A DNA stretch of 64,000 nt from Oopsacas minuta (taxonomy: Eukaryota; Animalia; Porifera). The position numbers were made by a program, and so were the translations under genes. Positions 11,646 to 25,014 of the stretch are shown here, piece by piece. The DNA lies in NCBI GenBank assembly GCA_024704765.1, contig JAKMXF010000332.1, positions 132,259 through 196,258 of the forward strand. The letters are read 5' to 3'. Below the pieces are notes generated by a model. That model was not told the DNA's origin, did not search any database, and saw only the letters and a list, made by a program, of their open reading frames with translations. Position 1 is the first letter of the stretch. Each line of letters begins with the position of its first letter.

Positions 11646-12830
11646 AATAAAATCGAAGATATTTGGAATGGCTTGTGAAAATACATAGATTTGAAGTAAT
11701 CCATAGTGCAGGAAAATGGTCAATGAACAAGCTATAGTTGCGTCGGCTGTGTCTCATGAGCTATAAGGCTTGGAATCCAAATTGTTGCGCCAGTATCTGG
11801 TTACTATGCCACTATACTTTAGTATCGTGACCCATTATTGAAATGGGTGCATATATTTTTGCTTTCTCCGTGGATAGTATTTAGGTGATATATGGTGTAA
11901 GCTAAATTGAAGATATTCGTCGGGTGTGCCTCTCCCCTTTGGATATGCATCGGACACCAAGTGCCACATTTCACACTTTTAAAACTTCTATCTGGACTCT
12001 AGCCAAATATTATGGTACAATTGCAAAATCTTACACCCCCAACTTTTTTATTGTGGTCAAAAATCCCTATATACACCGTTCAAGAACTCAATAAGAGAAG
12101 TTGATGGAGCTAATGAAATCCAAAATCGGATTAAAACTGACAAAGTTGTATTACTCACTATAGTCAAATTGTATTGATTTGATTTATACATTACAATTAC
12201 AATAGGAATGCGCATACTGTTGATATTGCGGTTATACACGCTTGTTACTCTACTCTTTCATGTTCATTTATTTGCTATTCAGTGTATTTGACTGCAGGTA
12301 ATTCTTGTTACTTTAAAGGAAAGCTGGTTATTACATAATTCTGTTTGCAATACTAAATATACAATGCAACATTTTATTTCATTATTATTCTATGGCACCT
12401 CGATAATTCGACTTAGTTAATCGAATTCCCGATATGACACATATATTTGCATATATTCTGTTTCCTAAAATGGTAGTTTAATTTGTATTACTCACGCCAA
12501 GGCAAACCAATTTTGATCGTTCGTTTGTGTTCGTATCAATGTTAGAAACAATTCATGTACTATTTAATCGTATAGTTATGATCCAGCTTCTCTCCAGGTG
12601 CGTTAGTAATGTTGGAACAAAGTTTTCATGGGTTTCTACTTATGATAGTGGGCAGGATATTAAATAAATGACACCCCATGGCTGGATATAATACTATGGG
12701 GAGTAGTTATATTTGGAGTAACTAATTAGTATTGAGCTTTCTATACACTACTTTAACTACAAATCTACAATATAACAAGTAGTGCTACAAAAGAAACACC
12801 AAAGCAGAAGTATGGTACAGTTAGACAACT

Positions 12831-13760
12831 GGATATTGTTTCCTTATTTCCATGATAAGGTTGGAGAATCTAGCTTCTCCATATTTCTTCTGCCAACAAA
12901 CTTCAGATAAGTGGGTATCTAATAGTATGGGGTTAGTAGTCATGCAATTCCTCAGCCGTTTCTTCGCACCACCCCATGTACTCTCAACTGTTTGCGTATG
13001 TACACCTGTAGTAGGGTCAACAAAATTGAGACTATGGTTGGCGGTGAGATGCTGAAAACTTGCAGCGGGGATAGAATTATACGATGCATTCGTCAGAAAG
13101 TATGGTAGTGCCCGGAAGAATATATCTCTGGATGAGAGGGACTAATGTTGCAGCCGACCTGCCTTGAACAGGTACCATAAAGACATCTTTTGTCTCTCTA
13201 TCTATTCCTCCAAATACCCATTGACCTGATAGCATACGACCTCTTGAATACTTTCGATATCCAAACTTTGATTCATCTATTTCTACAATATGCCCAGGCC
13301 CTCCAATTGGTTGAGGATTAACTAAAAATTCTTCAACACATTGGTCTCTGAGGAAGTTCTTCCAGTCTGTTATAGTATGCTCTCCCCACCCCAGATTCTT
13401 GTGTAAAAAGGCAGTAGTTTGCAGATTATCGGCCCAAAATAGAGAAATTTTACCAACTCAGTTAACGGTATATGAGCACCTTCAAAGAATGAGCCAATCC
13501 TCATCGAAGCGAATTTCTTACATGACTTTCCGGGCACCTCCACCCCTTTCCATCTGCAATACCTGAAAATGTTCCGGGTCTCATAATTCTACCGCATTCG
13601 CACATCATCCCGGTAGTCAAAAGTCCGTTACTTTTGAGCCATGCTATACAAGCATCTTCATCAATAGTTATATTACGAAAAGTTGTTTCAAAGTCATTTC
13701 TTCAATAACTGGAAATATTGTAGGAACCAGCAGAGGTTGAAACGATGGAGCAACTGCCAT
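12831..13760 (-). pseudogene. Merlin/ISXO2-like transposase pseudogene
   Basis: Manual translation: MAVAPSFQPLLVPTIFP...CECG...WRCP...IGGPGHIVEIDESKFGYRKYSRGRMLSGQWVFGGIDRETK...ILSDE...NHSLNFVDPTTGVHTQTVESTWG...QYPVV*. Several frameshifts. Confidence 0.9.
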
Positions 13761-14877
13761 TAAGGGTTTTATAATAGAAATATCACAACTCGAATAATTA
13801 GGATTTGTTAGTTATATTTCCCTGATATTCCTTTTATACTTGACTTAAGATTGATCGAAATACATTGTATGATCGTTTGGAATGTATTCTTTAAGTATAG
13901 GTAATAATTACATGTGGTTTGCATGCCACTTTCCTAAACCATTTGTTGTTCAACTCAGTAACCAGCAAACAGTATTCCAATTATACTAAATTTTGTATGT
14001 ATTAGATACTGGTATAACTATGAACACATCAACAAATCTATACAATAGAAATTACATCTGAAACCACATATTTTTACCACACTTCTCATGTTTAATCTCA
14101 AGCATATTTACCATATTATAGGTGATTGTTGGTTGTAAAGAAAATTTATGTAAATAATCCCATAATCAAATAAATTTCTTATTCGGATCGTTAAATTGTC
14201 TTCCGATAACAATAACTAGTAAATAGAATTTGATTTGGCCATATTAATCCCAAATTAGGTGATGTACCTAGTACGTAGCTTATTACAATTTCCTAAATCA
14301 AGAGAAAATCGTCTTGAGTGAGTTACTAATTTTCACTCGATTACCTAAATTTGTCCTAATTAAGGGGAGTTGACTGTCTAATAATACTGGCATTGTAGGG
14401 ACGCAGGAATCACAAACTTACTGTTGCAGCATTCATCACATCTCACCATTAATATAAATTGCTAATTATTGGTTCGGAGCGACCGCCGAACCTGTTACAC
14501 CACCTCATAAGGCCCTGTACTGTAAACCTTCGTTATAAGCTAACATCAATTATATGGCTAAACTCACGCTATAACAAAGTGATTCACAAACCCCCTCCAG
14601 CTTGAAAGTATCGATCTTCCTTCGCATATATCCTAATGCTGTAAATCACGAAATGCAACCGGGTTCCGTACCAATCCAGAACACTTCGTTATAATGAGAA
14701 TGTGTTGCAGTTACAAACTGATTACACTTGCTCAAGTTTATCTATAATAGACATTTGACCCCACAAATTTCGTTCAAGCAAGAAATACCACCCGTATTAT
14801 ACTAGCTATCCAAAAGTTGATACTTTTGCTCTGCACTGGCTAAACATTATCAGGGTGTTACAGCACAAGTGTCAACC

Positions 14878-15103
14878 CCATACTTGCCAACATGAGTGGA
14901 GATAAAAAGCTGGACAAAAGGGACTAATTGAGGAGGACATAATTGGATGCAGCATATTTGTATTAGACTGGACTACAAAATAGAGGGACAATTAAGGGTT
15001 TTGTCAAGTTTTGGCGGGACATCAGCCTCATTGGCAGTCAGCACATATCCAGGGCGAGAAAGCGTGGTGTCCCGCCAACCAACGGAACAGTTGGCAAATA
15101 TGG
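14878..15103. mobile_element. 226-bp MITE nested in Merlin-A copy 2
   Basis: Homologous to 1142-1367. TIR ccatacttgccaac with one mismatch on the right. Confidence 0.62.
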
Positions 15104-15743
15104 TACGTTTGAACAACTTCACATACAGGATGCAATTTAGTTGCAAACATAATATTTAATGCAATGTTGCATTGTATATTTAGTGTTGCAGACAGAACTA
15201 TGTAATAACCAGCTTCCTTTAAAGTAACAAGATTACCTGAAGTAAAATACATTGAATAGCAAATAAATGAACATAAAAGAGTAGAGTAACAAGCGTGTAT
15301 AACCGCAATATCAACAGTATGCGCATTCCTATGGTAATCGTGATGTATAAATCAATACAATTTGACTATAGTGAGTAATACAATTTTCCCAAAAGGATTT
15401 GGCTTAGGGAGTAAATTTTTCGTAACTTTGTCGATTTTAATCCGATTATGGAGTTCTTTAGCTCTATCAACTTCTCTCAACGAGTCCTTGAACGGTGCTT
15501 ATAGGGATTTTTGACCACAATAAAAAGGTTGGGGGGTGTAAGATTCTGTAATTGTACCCACGGTACAACATAGTTGCATTGTGTATAGTGTGCTTTACAT
15601 TATTCAAACGAAAAAGAATCGCTGGGGATTATTAGAAGATGTGATACGTGAGGAATAGAACTAACAACTGTCTCCATTTAAAGTTCAAGTAGTTACTAAA
15701 TAATCTCTTGATATGTGGTTAAATACCTGAATAACATTATTAG

Positions 15744-17401
15744 AGATTGGATGTTTACTAAATATGTCTATTTCCTTGGAGATTTAAGAGAATGATTAAT
15801 AGGTAATGCAAAATACTTAAATATTGGAATGCTAATTAGGTATGTTGTAGTATTACAGGGTGGCCAATAAGTTCTGGTACATGATTTTATATCGTACTAA
15901 GATGTTTCATGATTTAGATTGATTGACGTTACTGGTTTGTATATATTCTGTTATCTCTCGCAATAAAATATTCATTGAAAAATACACTATTTGAAAACCA
16001 AAAAAATTATCTGCTATGGAGAAAAAACGGTCGGCGATTGTTGAATAATTTCACAATGAGAAAAAAAAAAGAAATAATGAAACTTTTAAAAATTCCATAG
16101 ACACGTCAGAATTTCGTAATCCGTACGATAAAACGCTTCAATGAGACTGGTGGCGTGATGGACAGAGACAAAACTGGTCGCCCGGTCTCCATCACGACCG
16201 CAAAGATGCGAAAGGTAGTGCAAAGTCGAGTGTGGCGAAATCCTCAAGCGATCGATCAGAATAATGGCTAAAGAACTGAAAATGTCCCGTGGATTTCTTC
16301 AAACGATTGTCAAGAGAGACTTAAGGCTATCTTTGTTTAAGAAAGGAGAGTCCATTTCCTTTCAGACAAAATAATGACAAAGAGGCTCTCAAGAAGCAAA
16401 GTCCTCCATGCACGATTCGCAGCCCAGGGACTGGATCAAGTCCTTTTCTCCGATGAAAACTTTTCACCGTTGAATAAGCATTCAATCGTCAAAAATGATA
16501 GAGTATGATCTAAAAGCACTTCTACTATCCCTAATTAGTACAGGTACGTCAAAAGAGTCCAGAAACCACTCTTGTTGCTGGTTTGGGCCGGAGTATCTTC
16601 TGTTGGCCGCGCACCACTGGTTTTTGTCCCTGTAGGGGTCAAAATCAATACTGCAACGTCTAAGGAGCTCATTTTACAGCCCATTGTGAAAGATCTTGGT
16701 GAGATGATGTTTGAATACCAGCCGTTCATATTCCAACAAGACGGTGCTCCTGCCCATACAGCAAACAGTACTCAGCGATGGCTTCAGACAAATATTCCTG
16801 ACTTTATCTCAAAAGTAGAATGGCGTCTTACCCAGACCTCAACCCTCTAGATTTCTCAGTGTGTTCCATTTGGGAATCAAGTGCTTGCTCGAAGTCCCAT
16901 AACAGTATTGAGTCTCTATAGCAATCTCTGAAGGGAGAATGGGCAAAAATCCCCAGGAAATGCTGCGTACCGCAGTGTGGGCAGTCCCCGGGCGTCTGAA
17001 GGCTGTTATCAAAAAGAAAGGCGGGTACATAAAATAGAGATTGTGTGCAATATAACTCATAATGCCAAACTACTTATGCTATAATATCAACTTAATATAA
17101 TGAATATTGGTTAAATTATAGTAGTTTCTCTATGTGCCAGAACTTATTGGCCACCCTGTATATGTACACTACTATACTATTTGCAACACTATTATTGTAA
17201 TATATTTGGCTTCAATGAAGTTGCAATTTTTCCCATAGACTTTGGCTTATAAGCTAGAATTGCTGTAACTTTTTTGTATCTTGACCGATTGTAGAAATCT
17301 TTAGCTCAATCTTTATCTCTCAGCATGTTCTATAACGGCTCATATAGCGATTTTACCATCTTCCAAAATGTTGGGGGGGTGTAACTTTCTATAATTGTAC
17401 C
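15744..17401 (+). mobile_element. Merlin subfamily B terminal repeat (~350 bp) split by a maT insertion
   Basis: Removing 15856-17158 gives a direct-repeat match to 19875-20223. Ends ...gtgtaactttctataattgtacc, homologous to the Merlin-A terminus. Confidence 0.8.
15856..17158 (+). mobile_element. maT/DD37D-type element (1303 bp), defective transposase ~16016-17037
   Basis: TIRs cagggtggccaataagttctgg with TA flanks. Motifs LVWAGVSS and FQQDGAPAH. Close relative of 56326-57631. Confidence 0.95.
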
Positions 17402-20223
17402 GTACCGTGTATTATGGGATGGTATACACAAAATTTTGCATCGTATGTATTGATCATTGCATGCCAAAATGTTGCACATAAATATTGTTGCATCTGTAGG
17501 GGGCTTAAAGCAAAGCTTTCAATGAAATTTTAGAAATTTATCAGATCATACTATAACACAGGACACCTTTTACACTTGCATGAAACTTCTATTGCAACCG
17601 ATTTGCCTGAAACTGTATTTCATGGTATGCATATTTTTGGTTGTTTGCCTGGAGTTGATTGAGAACTTATAAGAACTAGTGACTTTATTTTGCATGGGGT
17701 TGTGGGATACTCTATCTAGCAACTTTCGGGATAACTAATGCAAGAGTTTTTTTGTGAATCAATTCAAATTGTATTATTGAAATACCGTATTGGGTTCACT
17801 GATTAAGGCCGAAAATTCGAGCAAAATTCCCACATAAGGAAACTGGAATTAGGACGAAAATTATTCATTACCCCAGTAACAAGCAGCCTTATAACAAAGT
17901 TCGTTAAAGCCTCTGCGTCTTACAGTTCAGGCGGCTGCTTGCTATTGGACCCCCTGAACTATAGGACAAGGAAGCTTTCATGTACTTGGTTATACGACTG
18001 TTTGCTATTAGAGTAAGATTCATTTTCGAACTTAGTCATGTTTCAAAATATAGAGCAATACAAAAGGTTAAATTCAATATTATATCTATAGGAAAGACAA
18101 AGAACCTGCAAGAATGAGTGAATATACCCTTCAGTGAATTATAATGAATAAAAATGAACCGCTTTAGCTTATTCTAAGTATTCCATTACAAGTTAGAGAT
18201 GGTTATCTTCCATGCGTGTTGGAACAAACTCATATCATAAAAAGAATGAATTATAATGGGCTGTTAATGAATTATATTGTTCATCATGCGAATTATTTGC
18301 ATTTGTATGGTTTTTAATATTTTTAAATGGATTGTGTATAGTTTTTCTTGCATGTTAATGTAGTGTACTATGGCTTTTTCATGGTTGAAAAAGTAACAAT
18401 TGATTTTTCTATCTGAGTGATAAAAAAGCAAATCAATAGGGTGGATCATCTCCAGGTAGACAGATCTAACCAATCTCTATAAATATAAACATTTTATTTG
18501 GATATCAGAAATACAATTGCATATCATTTCAAACTTATATTTTTCACGATTGTCGCCATTTTCATGGCTACTCCCGTATTTAGACCTGTAATGATGCCTA
18601 CATCTTTTCCGTTCGTCGATGAGATTGAATTGAAGGAATTATTCTTAAGGATAACCATCAATCGTGCCAATTTATCAATTGGTTGAGGGTTCACGGATAA
18701 TTAGCAAGAGGTATGAGATGTAAATGTGGGGCAAACATGTCGGAAGGCGTATTTTCTAAGGCACACGAAGGGAGATGTTGGAGATGTCCTGAAAAGGGTT
18801 GCAAGAAATTTTCATCCCTACGAGTAGGATCATTCTTTGAGGGATCCAATATTCCTCTTACTCAGTTGGTGGAATTTTTGTATTTTTGGACAGAAGGACT
18901 ACAAGTACACATTTCTTAACCCTGAATCTTAAGTGGTCTCTAAACACCATCACGGATTGGAAAAATTTCTTGAGGGATATCTGTGTGGAGAAGTACCTCT
19001 CTAATCCTGAACCAATCGGAGGGCATGGGCACATCGTTGAGATCGATTAAAGCAAATTTGGGAAAAGAAAGTACCATCAAGGAAGGCAACTATCAGGAAA
19101 ATGGGTGTTTGGTGGGGTTGATAGAGTGACCAAAGAAGCTTTCATGGTCACAGTTGAGGATACATCAGCTTTTACATTGATTCCCATTATAGGACAATTT
19201 ATCAAACCTGGTACTATTATTCTAAGCGATGAATGGGCTTCATACAATCTTATTCCACCAGCTGCGTTCACCCATTTGACTGTTAATCACAGTATCCAGT
19301 TTGTCGTCCCTGGAACAGAGATTCACACACAAACCATAGAAAGCACTTGGGGTCAAGCCAAGAAAAATATGAGAAATTCCATGAGCATCAACCCTGAGGT
19401 CCTGGATACATACCTCGCTGAATATTGCTGGAGAAAGATATATGGTGACAATCCATTTCACAACTTAATAATAGAAATAAGAAACCAATATACTGTTACT
19501 TAGATACAATCTCTTGCATGCTAATTACTAGTTTTCATAGTTGCTAGATATTTACATGAGAATCAAAATAATTCTAGTTGTTCAAACAGTGGATCCAGCC
19601 ATGGGCTCAAACCATTAAAAAGTAGTTTATTTGACTATATTCCACAGTTATTGTTTGATATTGTTCCAAATTTGCTCCGTTGATAACGAGTAGAATGGCA
19701 TTGTTTGCTGTATATCACACAATAGAGATCCTGTTGTTCGTGAAATGAGAGGCGAAAATCTGTTTGAAATTTGCATAGATTTGTTGGGAAAATGCAACAT
19801 TCCCAAATATACTCAATTCAATACTTATATTTCCATTCTATAGTTATAATTATTAAATAATATAAAACTATTACAGATTGGATGTTTACTAAATATGTCT
19901 ATTTCCTTGGAGATTTAAGAGAATGATTAATAGGTAACAAAAATTACTTAAACATTGGAATGCTAATTAGGTATGTTGTAGTATTGCATGCACACTACTA
20001 TACTATTTACAACACTATTATTGTGATATATTTGGCTTCAATGAAGTTGCATTTCCCCCACAGACTTTGGCTTATAAGCTAGAAATGCTGTAACTTTTTT
20101 GTTCTTGAGCGATTTTAGAAATCTTTAGCTCAATCGTCATCTCTCAACATGCTCTATAACGGCTCATATAGCGATTTTTACCATCTTGCACTAGTTGGGG
20201 GTGTAACTTTCTATAATTGTACC
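17402..20223 (+). mobile_element. Merlin subfamily B element (left end not identified)
   Basis: Contains a Merlin transposase and a ~350-bp right terminal repeat (19875-20223) ending aattgtacc. The left boundary is uncertain. Confidence 0.75.
18564..19503 (+). pseudogene. Merlin/ISXO2-like transposase pseudogene
   Basis: MATPVFRPVMMPTSFP...CKCG...WRCPEKGC...GGHGHIVEID*SKFGKRKYHQGR...WVFGGVDR...ILSDEWASY...NHSIQFV...HTQTIESTWG. In-frame stops and a frameshift. N-terminus homologous to the Merlin-A ORF. Confidence 0.92.
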
Positions 20224-20252
20224 TTTGCCAAAAGTATGTTTTCACGGTGTTA

Positions 20253-21554
20253 CGAGGGGCACTCGAAAGGTTTTGCCGTTTGATATGAAACCATTAATCT
20301 GTCGGATATTTTTCCGTATCCATCTTTCAGACATATTTTATTACTCTACTTTGAAACTTTCATTCATTTATCTCTTCTACTTTCAGAAATTATATAATTT
20401 TAGTATGCATGGCTTCTAAAATATCTCAATCTAAATCAGATCTCACAAAACGTGATTTTCGAGCAGTGATTTTGATCTTAGTCAAACTACAGAAGACAAG
20501 AGTAGAAATTTATGAATCTTTAAAGTAACATTTCCGGAGCTAGTTCCTTCTCTAAGTACAGTTGGAAGATGGTACAGGGAATTTATTGACGGAAACTTTG
20601 TTCTTGAAGATGCCTTCGTTCAGGAAGACCGAATATTTCACATAGTGAAGAAAATGTTAACGAAATGCTAGATCTAATTACTAAAGATGTTCATATTATG
20701 TACGCTCAATTAGAGTATGAAACCGAGTTATCATGGGGACAATTAATATCAATTTGGACCAACAACTTTGTGTCAGGAAGTTGTGTGCCCGATGGATCCC
20801 CCATTCTTTGAACTTACAGCAAAATATCCCACATAGACTTTTGCAAAATTATGCTCCAAAGGTTTGCTAATGGAAGTTCAAGAGCTGTTTCTGAGATCCT
20901 TACAGGTGATGAGATATGGATATACCATTATGATCCAGAAACAAAGCGAATGTCAAAGGAGTGGGTTGAAGAAGATGCCCCACCTCCAACCAAAGTGCAG
21001 AGTGCTAGATCTGTTGGGAACAAATGTGGGCGATTTTTTTCAGGTCTAGTGGTTTTGTCGAAGCTGTTGCTCTCGAGGATAGAAAGACTGTTACTGCCAA
21101 CTGGTATACTACAGTGTGCCTACCCAAAGTCATCACAGCAATTGAGTCACAGCGGGAGAAGACAGGCATTAGAAGAATTCTTCTTCATCATGATTATGCA
21201 TCATCGCATACGTCAATCAGAACTCGTGAGTCTTTGGAAAATTCTGGACTCAAAACATCACCTCACGCACCCTACAGTTCTGATCTAGCCCTTTGCGACT
21301 TCTGGTTGTTCCCTAGACTCAAAGATCAATTATGTGGGAGGAGATTTTCGACTAATGAGGAGTTGAGAGCGACACTTTTCCAAGCAATTGGAGACATACC
21401 CAAACAAGAGTAGAAAAAATGTTTTGATAATTGGTTTACCAGAATGAAAAAATGCATAGATTGTCAGGGAGAGTATTTTGAAAAATGTAATAATCAATTT
21501 TATTATTACTATCCAATATGTCGGTCAACGCCAATACTTTTCGAGTGCCCTTCG
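20253..21554 (+). mobile_element. mariner (DD34D) element, 1302 bp, defective transposase ~20409-21490
   Basis: TIRs cga(g/a)gggcactcgaaa.. with TA flanks. Motifs LTGDEIWIYHYDPETK and HHD-(34)-D in PYSSDLALCD. Confidence 0.93.
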
Positions 21555-22507
21555 TAGAAATATATGAACAATTTATTGTAAATATTCATCACTGAAATTG
21601 TGCTCATTGATAAAATGAAATTTCAAAAACTGGCAACACTACAGGCGTTCAGCCCGATATGGTTCCCGTTTTATGACTATACAATACTGTTTGTATGAAA
21701 TATGAATTCAATTCATCAAACTTTGGCATGTAACTAGGATTTAAATGTCCAAAATCATAAAACGCGATCATTTTGTTCCGAAATAGCTAAATGGGAAAAG
21801 TTTGTTGGATCTAGGAGTCCCCTTCTAGATAATTATTTAGGAGTTAATTTTTCACAAAGGTGAGAGTGCGAAACTCTCACATCTTGTAAAAGACCCCGAA
21901 ATAGTAGGGAGTGTTCTCTGACGTCAAAAACATTTCAGCACTTTTTTAAGGTCACAAATGAAACATTCCCTGGTGTATTCGGTTAATGGCCTCTCTAGAG
22001 AGATTTAAGAACTCGATAATAAGAGAATAAATAAGAGCATTTGCATTTGTTGACCAATTTGCCAAATATGGAATCAGATGACATAATTTCGACTTGTACT
22101 TAGTTTGTAGAAGTTGATCCTGTATATAGTTAAATCTCAAAATAATGTATACATTCAGTCCAAAGGGTACCAATAAATATTGTTGCTACTACAAAATATC
22201 CATTTGTTAATAATGACAAAAAGTGTGAAGACCGCAAAAACTCACTTTACCAACATTTCTGGTATGCTTATGAGATGAGCAAGGAAATCCATATACACGA
22301 CTTCCTATGCAACAATCAATAGAACTAATGGTTTTGAGATCTGAACAAAGATTGACGGGCCTAAAGAGGGCAGAGTCATTGTGAGTTGAACCTCCAGATA
22401 GTGTATAAGTCGATGGAATATCAATCATCCAAATGAAACATATTTCTGTAATTAGCCACGAGTAGTAAACATATAATATTTGGATAAAATGGTATTTTAC
22501 CACACTG

Positions 22508-22676
22508 TATATGTTATGGGCAGTATGAAAAATTGGGCATTGTACATAATGCCCAGGCAATATGCATAATGCTACTTTCTTAGTCAATATGCATAATGTC
22601 CAGGCAATATGTATAATGCTACACTTATTGAACAATATGCATAATGCCCAATTTCTCATACTGCGCATAACATATA
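22508..22676. repeat. 169-bp hairpin/MITE-like element: ~42-bp inverted arms around a caatatgcataatg repeat array
   Basis: tatatgttatgggcagtatgaaaaattgggcattgtacata vs the reverse complement of tatgcataatgcccaatttctcatactgcgcataacatata (4 mismatches). About 4 internal copies of caatatg(c/t)ataatg. Confidence 0.7.
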
Positions 22677-25014
22677 TATTATGCAATAATACTAAAAAGT
22701 TCTCCAAAACAAAACTATAGCAATATGTATTAGTAGGAAATATACGGAAACTATGAAGAAAATATTACGCAGCTGAGGCAGATCCTATAAAATTAAGTTA
22801 ATGATCATTTAAGAGTCAATCTGTGCATAGTAGAGGATTCAGAATACTAAACAAAAACATCGAATTTTCGAGGTTTATTAGAGATCTATCCAATTTAGAA
22901 CTGTGAAATTTCTAATCAACCGCATAACACTTGACTGAACCACCTGAGTTCGAAATATCGTCCTTCCATGGTCTACAATACGCCCAAATTTTGGGATATC
23001 AACCTATGTAGATATATCTAGCTTTATAAATGACTATCTGTAGCATACTAGAGCCCGATCTTTGGATTTCGCACTAGCCAACCTAGTATTCGGCCCACAA
23101 TTTTTCACATATGTCTGAGGTGTTGGAGAAAATTGTCGACAGAATGCTGGGCTGGCCAGTTCGAGATAGAAAAACCATGGTTTGGCATGTCCTATAAACA
23201 TGTCTTAGCTACAGATACTTGCCTAGAGCACCTTCATATGTCTTTATATGTTGATACTCGAGTCCATTACCTTGGGACCTTGTATGCCAATGATAGACGA
23301 AGATGTAACATCATGTGGCTCAGTCCACTCTGATCAGATTGCATTGAAATTGACAATTAAGTCGTAATTTCGTCATGGGTTTACATTTTTGTCCATGACG
23401 CGAAATTGTTCGAGGCGGTCCAAAATACCTCTGTACGCCGAGAATCAGCCATGGGGAAGTTAGTTTCCTCAATCAATTCCGAACATACAAACATGTGTAT
23501 ACATAGGTTGGTATGCTTCTGGACTTGATACTGGGTACTGAAACAAAATGTATTACAAGGACATGGGAAGTGGGTATGTAGTACATATTGAATGCAGTGA
23601 TTTACCATAACACTTGAGACCAAATTCAATAGACTTAAAGTGATCCATGTTCCAGAGAATTCTAGGTCGTGATCAATTTATAATTTCATAGGCTCTTAAT
23701 ACCATCCTATATTGTATATTAATCATTATTTTGCTATTAGTATTTAACAGTCAAGAAATTTATTCAATCTCTATGGAAAATCTGAAGTGGCATAAAAATA
23801 GCACAATGTGTCAGATCAAATATCGTGACTCTCAGTTAACACTCTATTGTAGTTGCCCATGGACTTTGAATTTTATATAAGCATTTGAAGGATATTCTTA
23901 GAATGATATACAATGACACAAAACTTTACAAAGAATTCCGAAATTTCATTGAACAGGTTTGATTAGTATTCACATATCCGAAAAATCGTATATCTTAATG
24001 GCTCCGGGCACATTGGATTAATGGACGTCCAAACTATACTTGACGCATTTTCACAAAGCTTTGACTACAGGCCCTCCTTGTGGAAGTTTTTTTTTTATTT
24101 TGAAATACAAAAAGAATGTTCATCAAACATTGCATAACGTCCTCCTTCCCCTAGGTAGTGTTACACTACGATTGAATTACTCCTTAACGTGTGTCCACAG
24201 TATACAACTATAATTTTACATACTTGATGTCAGGCAACGGGCTAAGAAATAGACCAATAGAGTTGATGAATAGTCACTAAAGGTTGCAAATAACTCTTTC
24301 CCTTCGCTTGGTCTTCCGTGACTTTTTGTGAATTGAATACAATGATCTAAATTAGGTAGATCAATTAGTGAATCTAAATGTTTCCTATGTCCATTGTTCG
24401 GACAATTATGAATAACGAAGGATACGGCTTGAGTTCATGAGTTTGTACTTCTATAGAATCATTGTGTATCTTGATAGGAGAGTATTTGTTAGTTTTCTAT
24501 ATTTTAGTTAGATGTACGAATGCAACTAAAGACCTCAACTACTGTTGGTAAACCTACTAGGTATTATTATTTGATTAGTAGCAACCAGCAGAGAGTTCTT
24601 CATATGCAAACGTCTATACCCATACATACAGTAATAACCAATGAGAAACGCTATATATACTTTAAAAATATTCAAAACAATTATTATTTGTGGGGAGAAA
24701 AAATTTGCTACATAGTGAATTGGAAGAGTCAATTTAAAACATAAGTCTAACTGTTAATATGTTGTGAAGAGGCTTACCATATAGGGTTTATCCCGAAACT
24801 TTAACACGGTTGCATCAACACCTTTTCTTAAATGAGTTGAATGAGTTTGTAGTTATCGACTGAATAAGTTGGATTAATGGTGAAATAAAAGTGAACGAGT
24901 TGGTTAACAAAATTAAGTAGATACAGTCCTGTCAGTAGTAATAACTTATACACCTCTAGAGTAGTCATCAAAAGTGTATTATTCAAGAAGAGGTAGTTTC
25001 ATATTGCGAATACA

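Larger units (their letters stand above)
12014..15558 (-). mobile_element. Merlin (ISXO2-like) DNA transposon, subfamily A, complete copy (~3.5 kb) with ~370-bp TIRs
   Basis: Left end ggtacaattgcaaaatcttacacccc (12014) and right end ...gtaagattctgtaattgtacc (15558). TIR homology runs ~12014-12385 vs ~15170-15558, and the left TIR has a ~40-bp deletion. No TSD found. Confidence 0.9.

Noticed and set aside
12006-15566. 8-9-bp TSDs for the Merlin elements and for the hAT at 25015-27714
   Set aside because: The flanks do not match (aatattat vs cacggtac; cgaataca vs acaagtat). The gtacccac vs gtaccgtg match around 15562-17401 is only partial.
21950-23630. GC-richer patches and ORFs 21952-22173, 22207-22707, 23133-23333 and 23381-23629 as a host gene
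   Set aside because: No recognisable domain or consistent splice chain. The longest ORF is largely generated by the 22508-22676 repeat.
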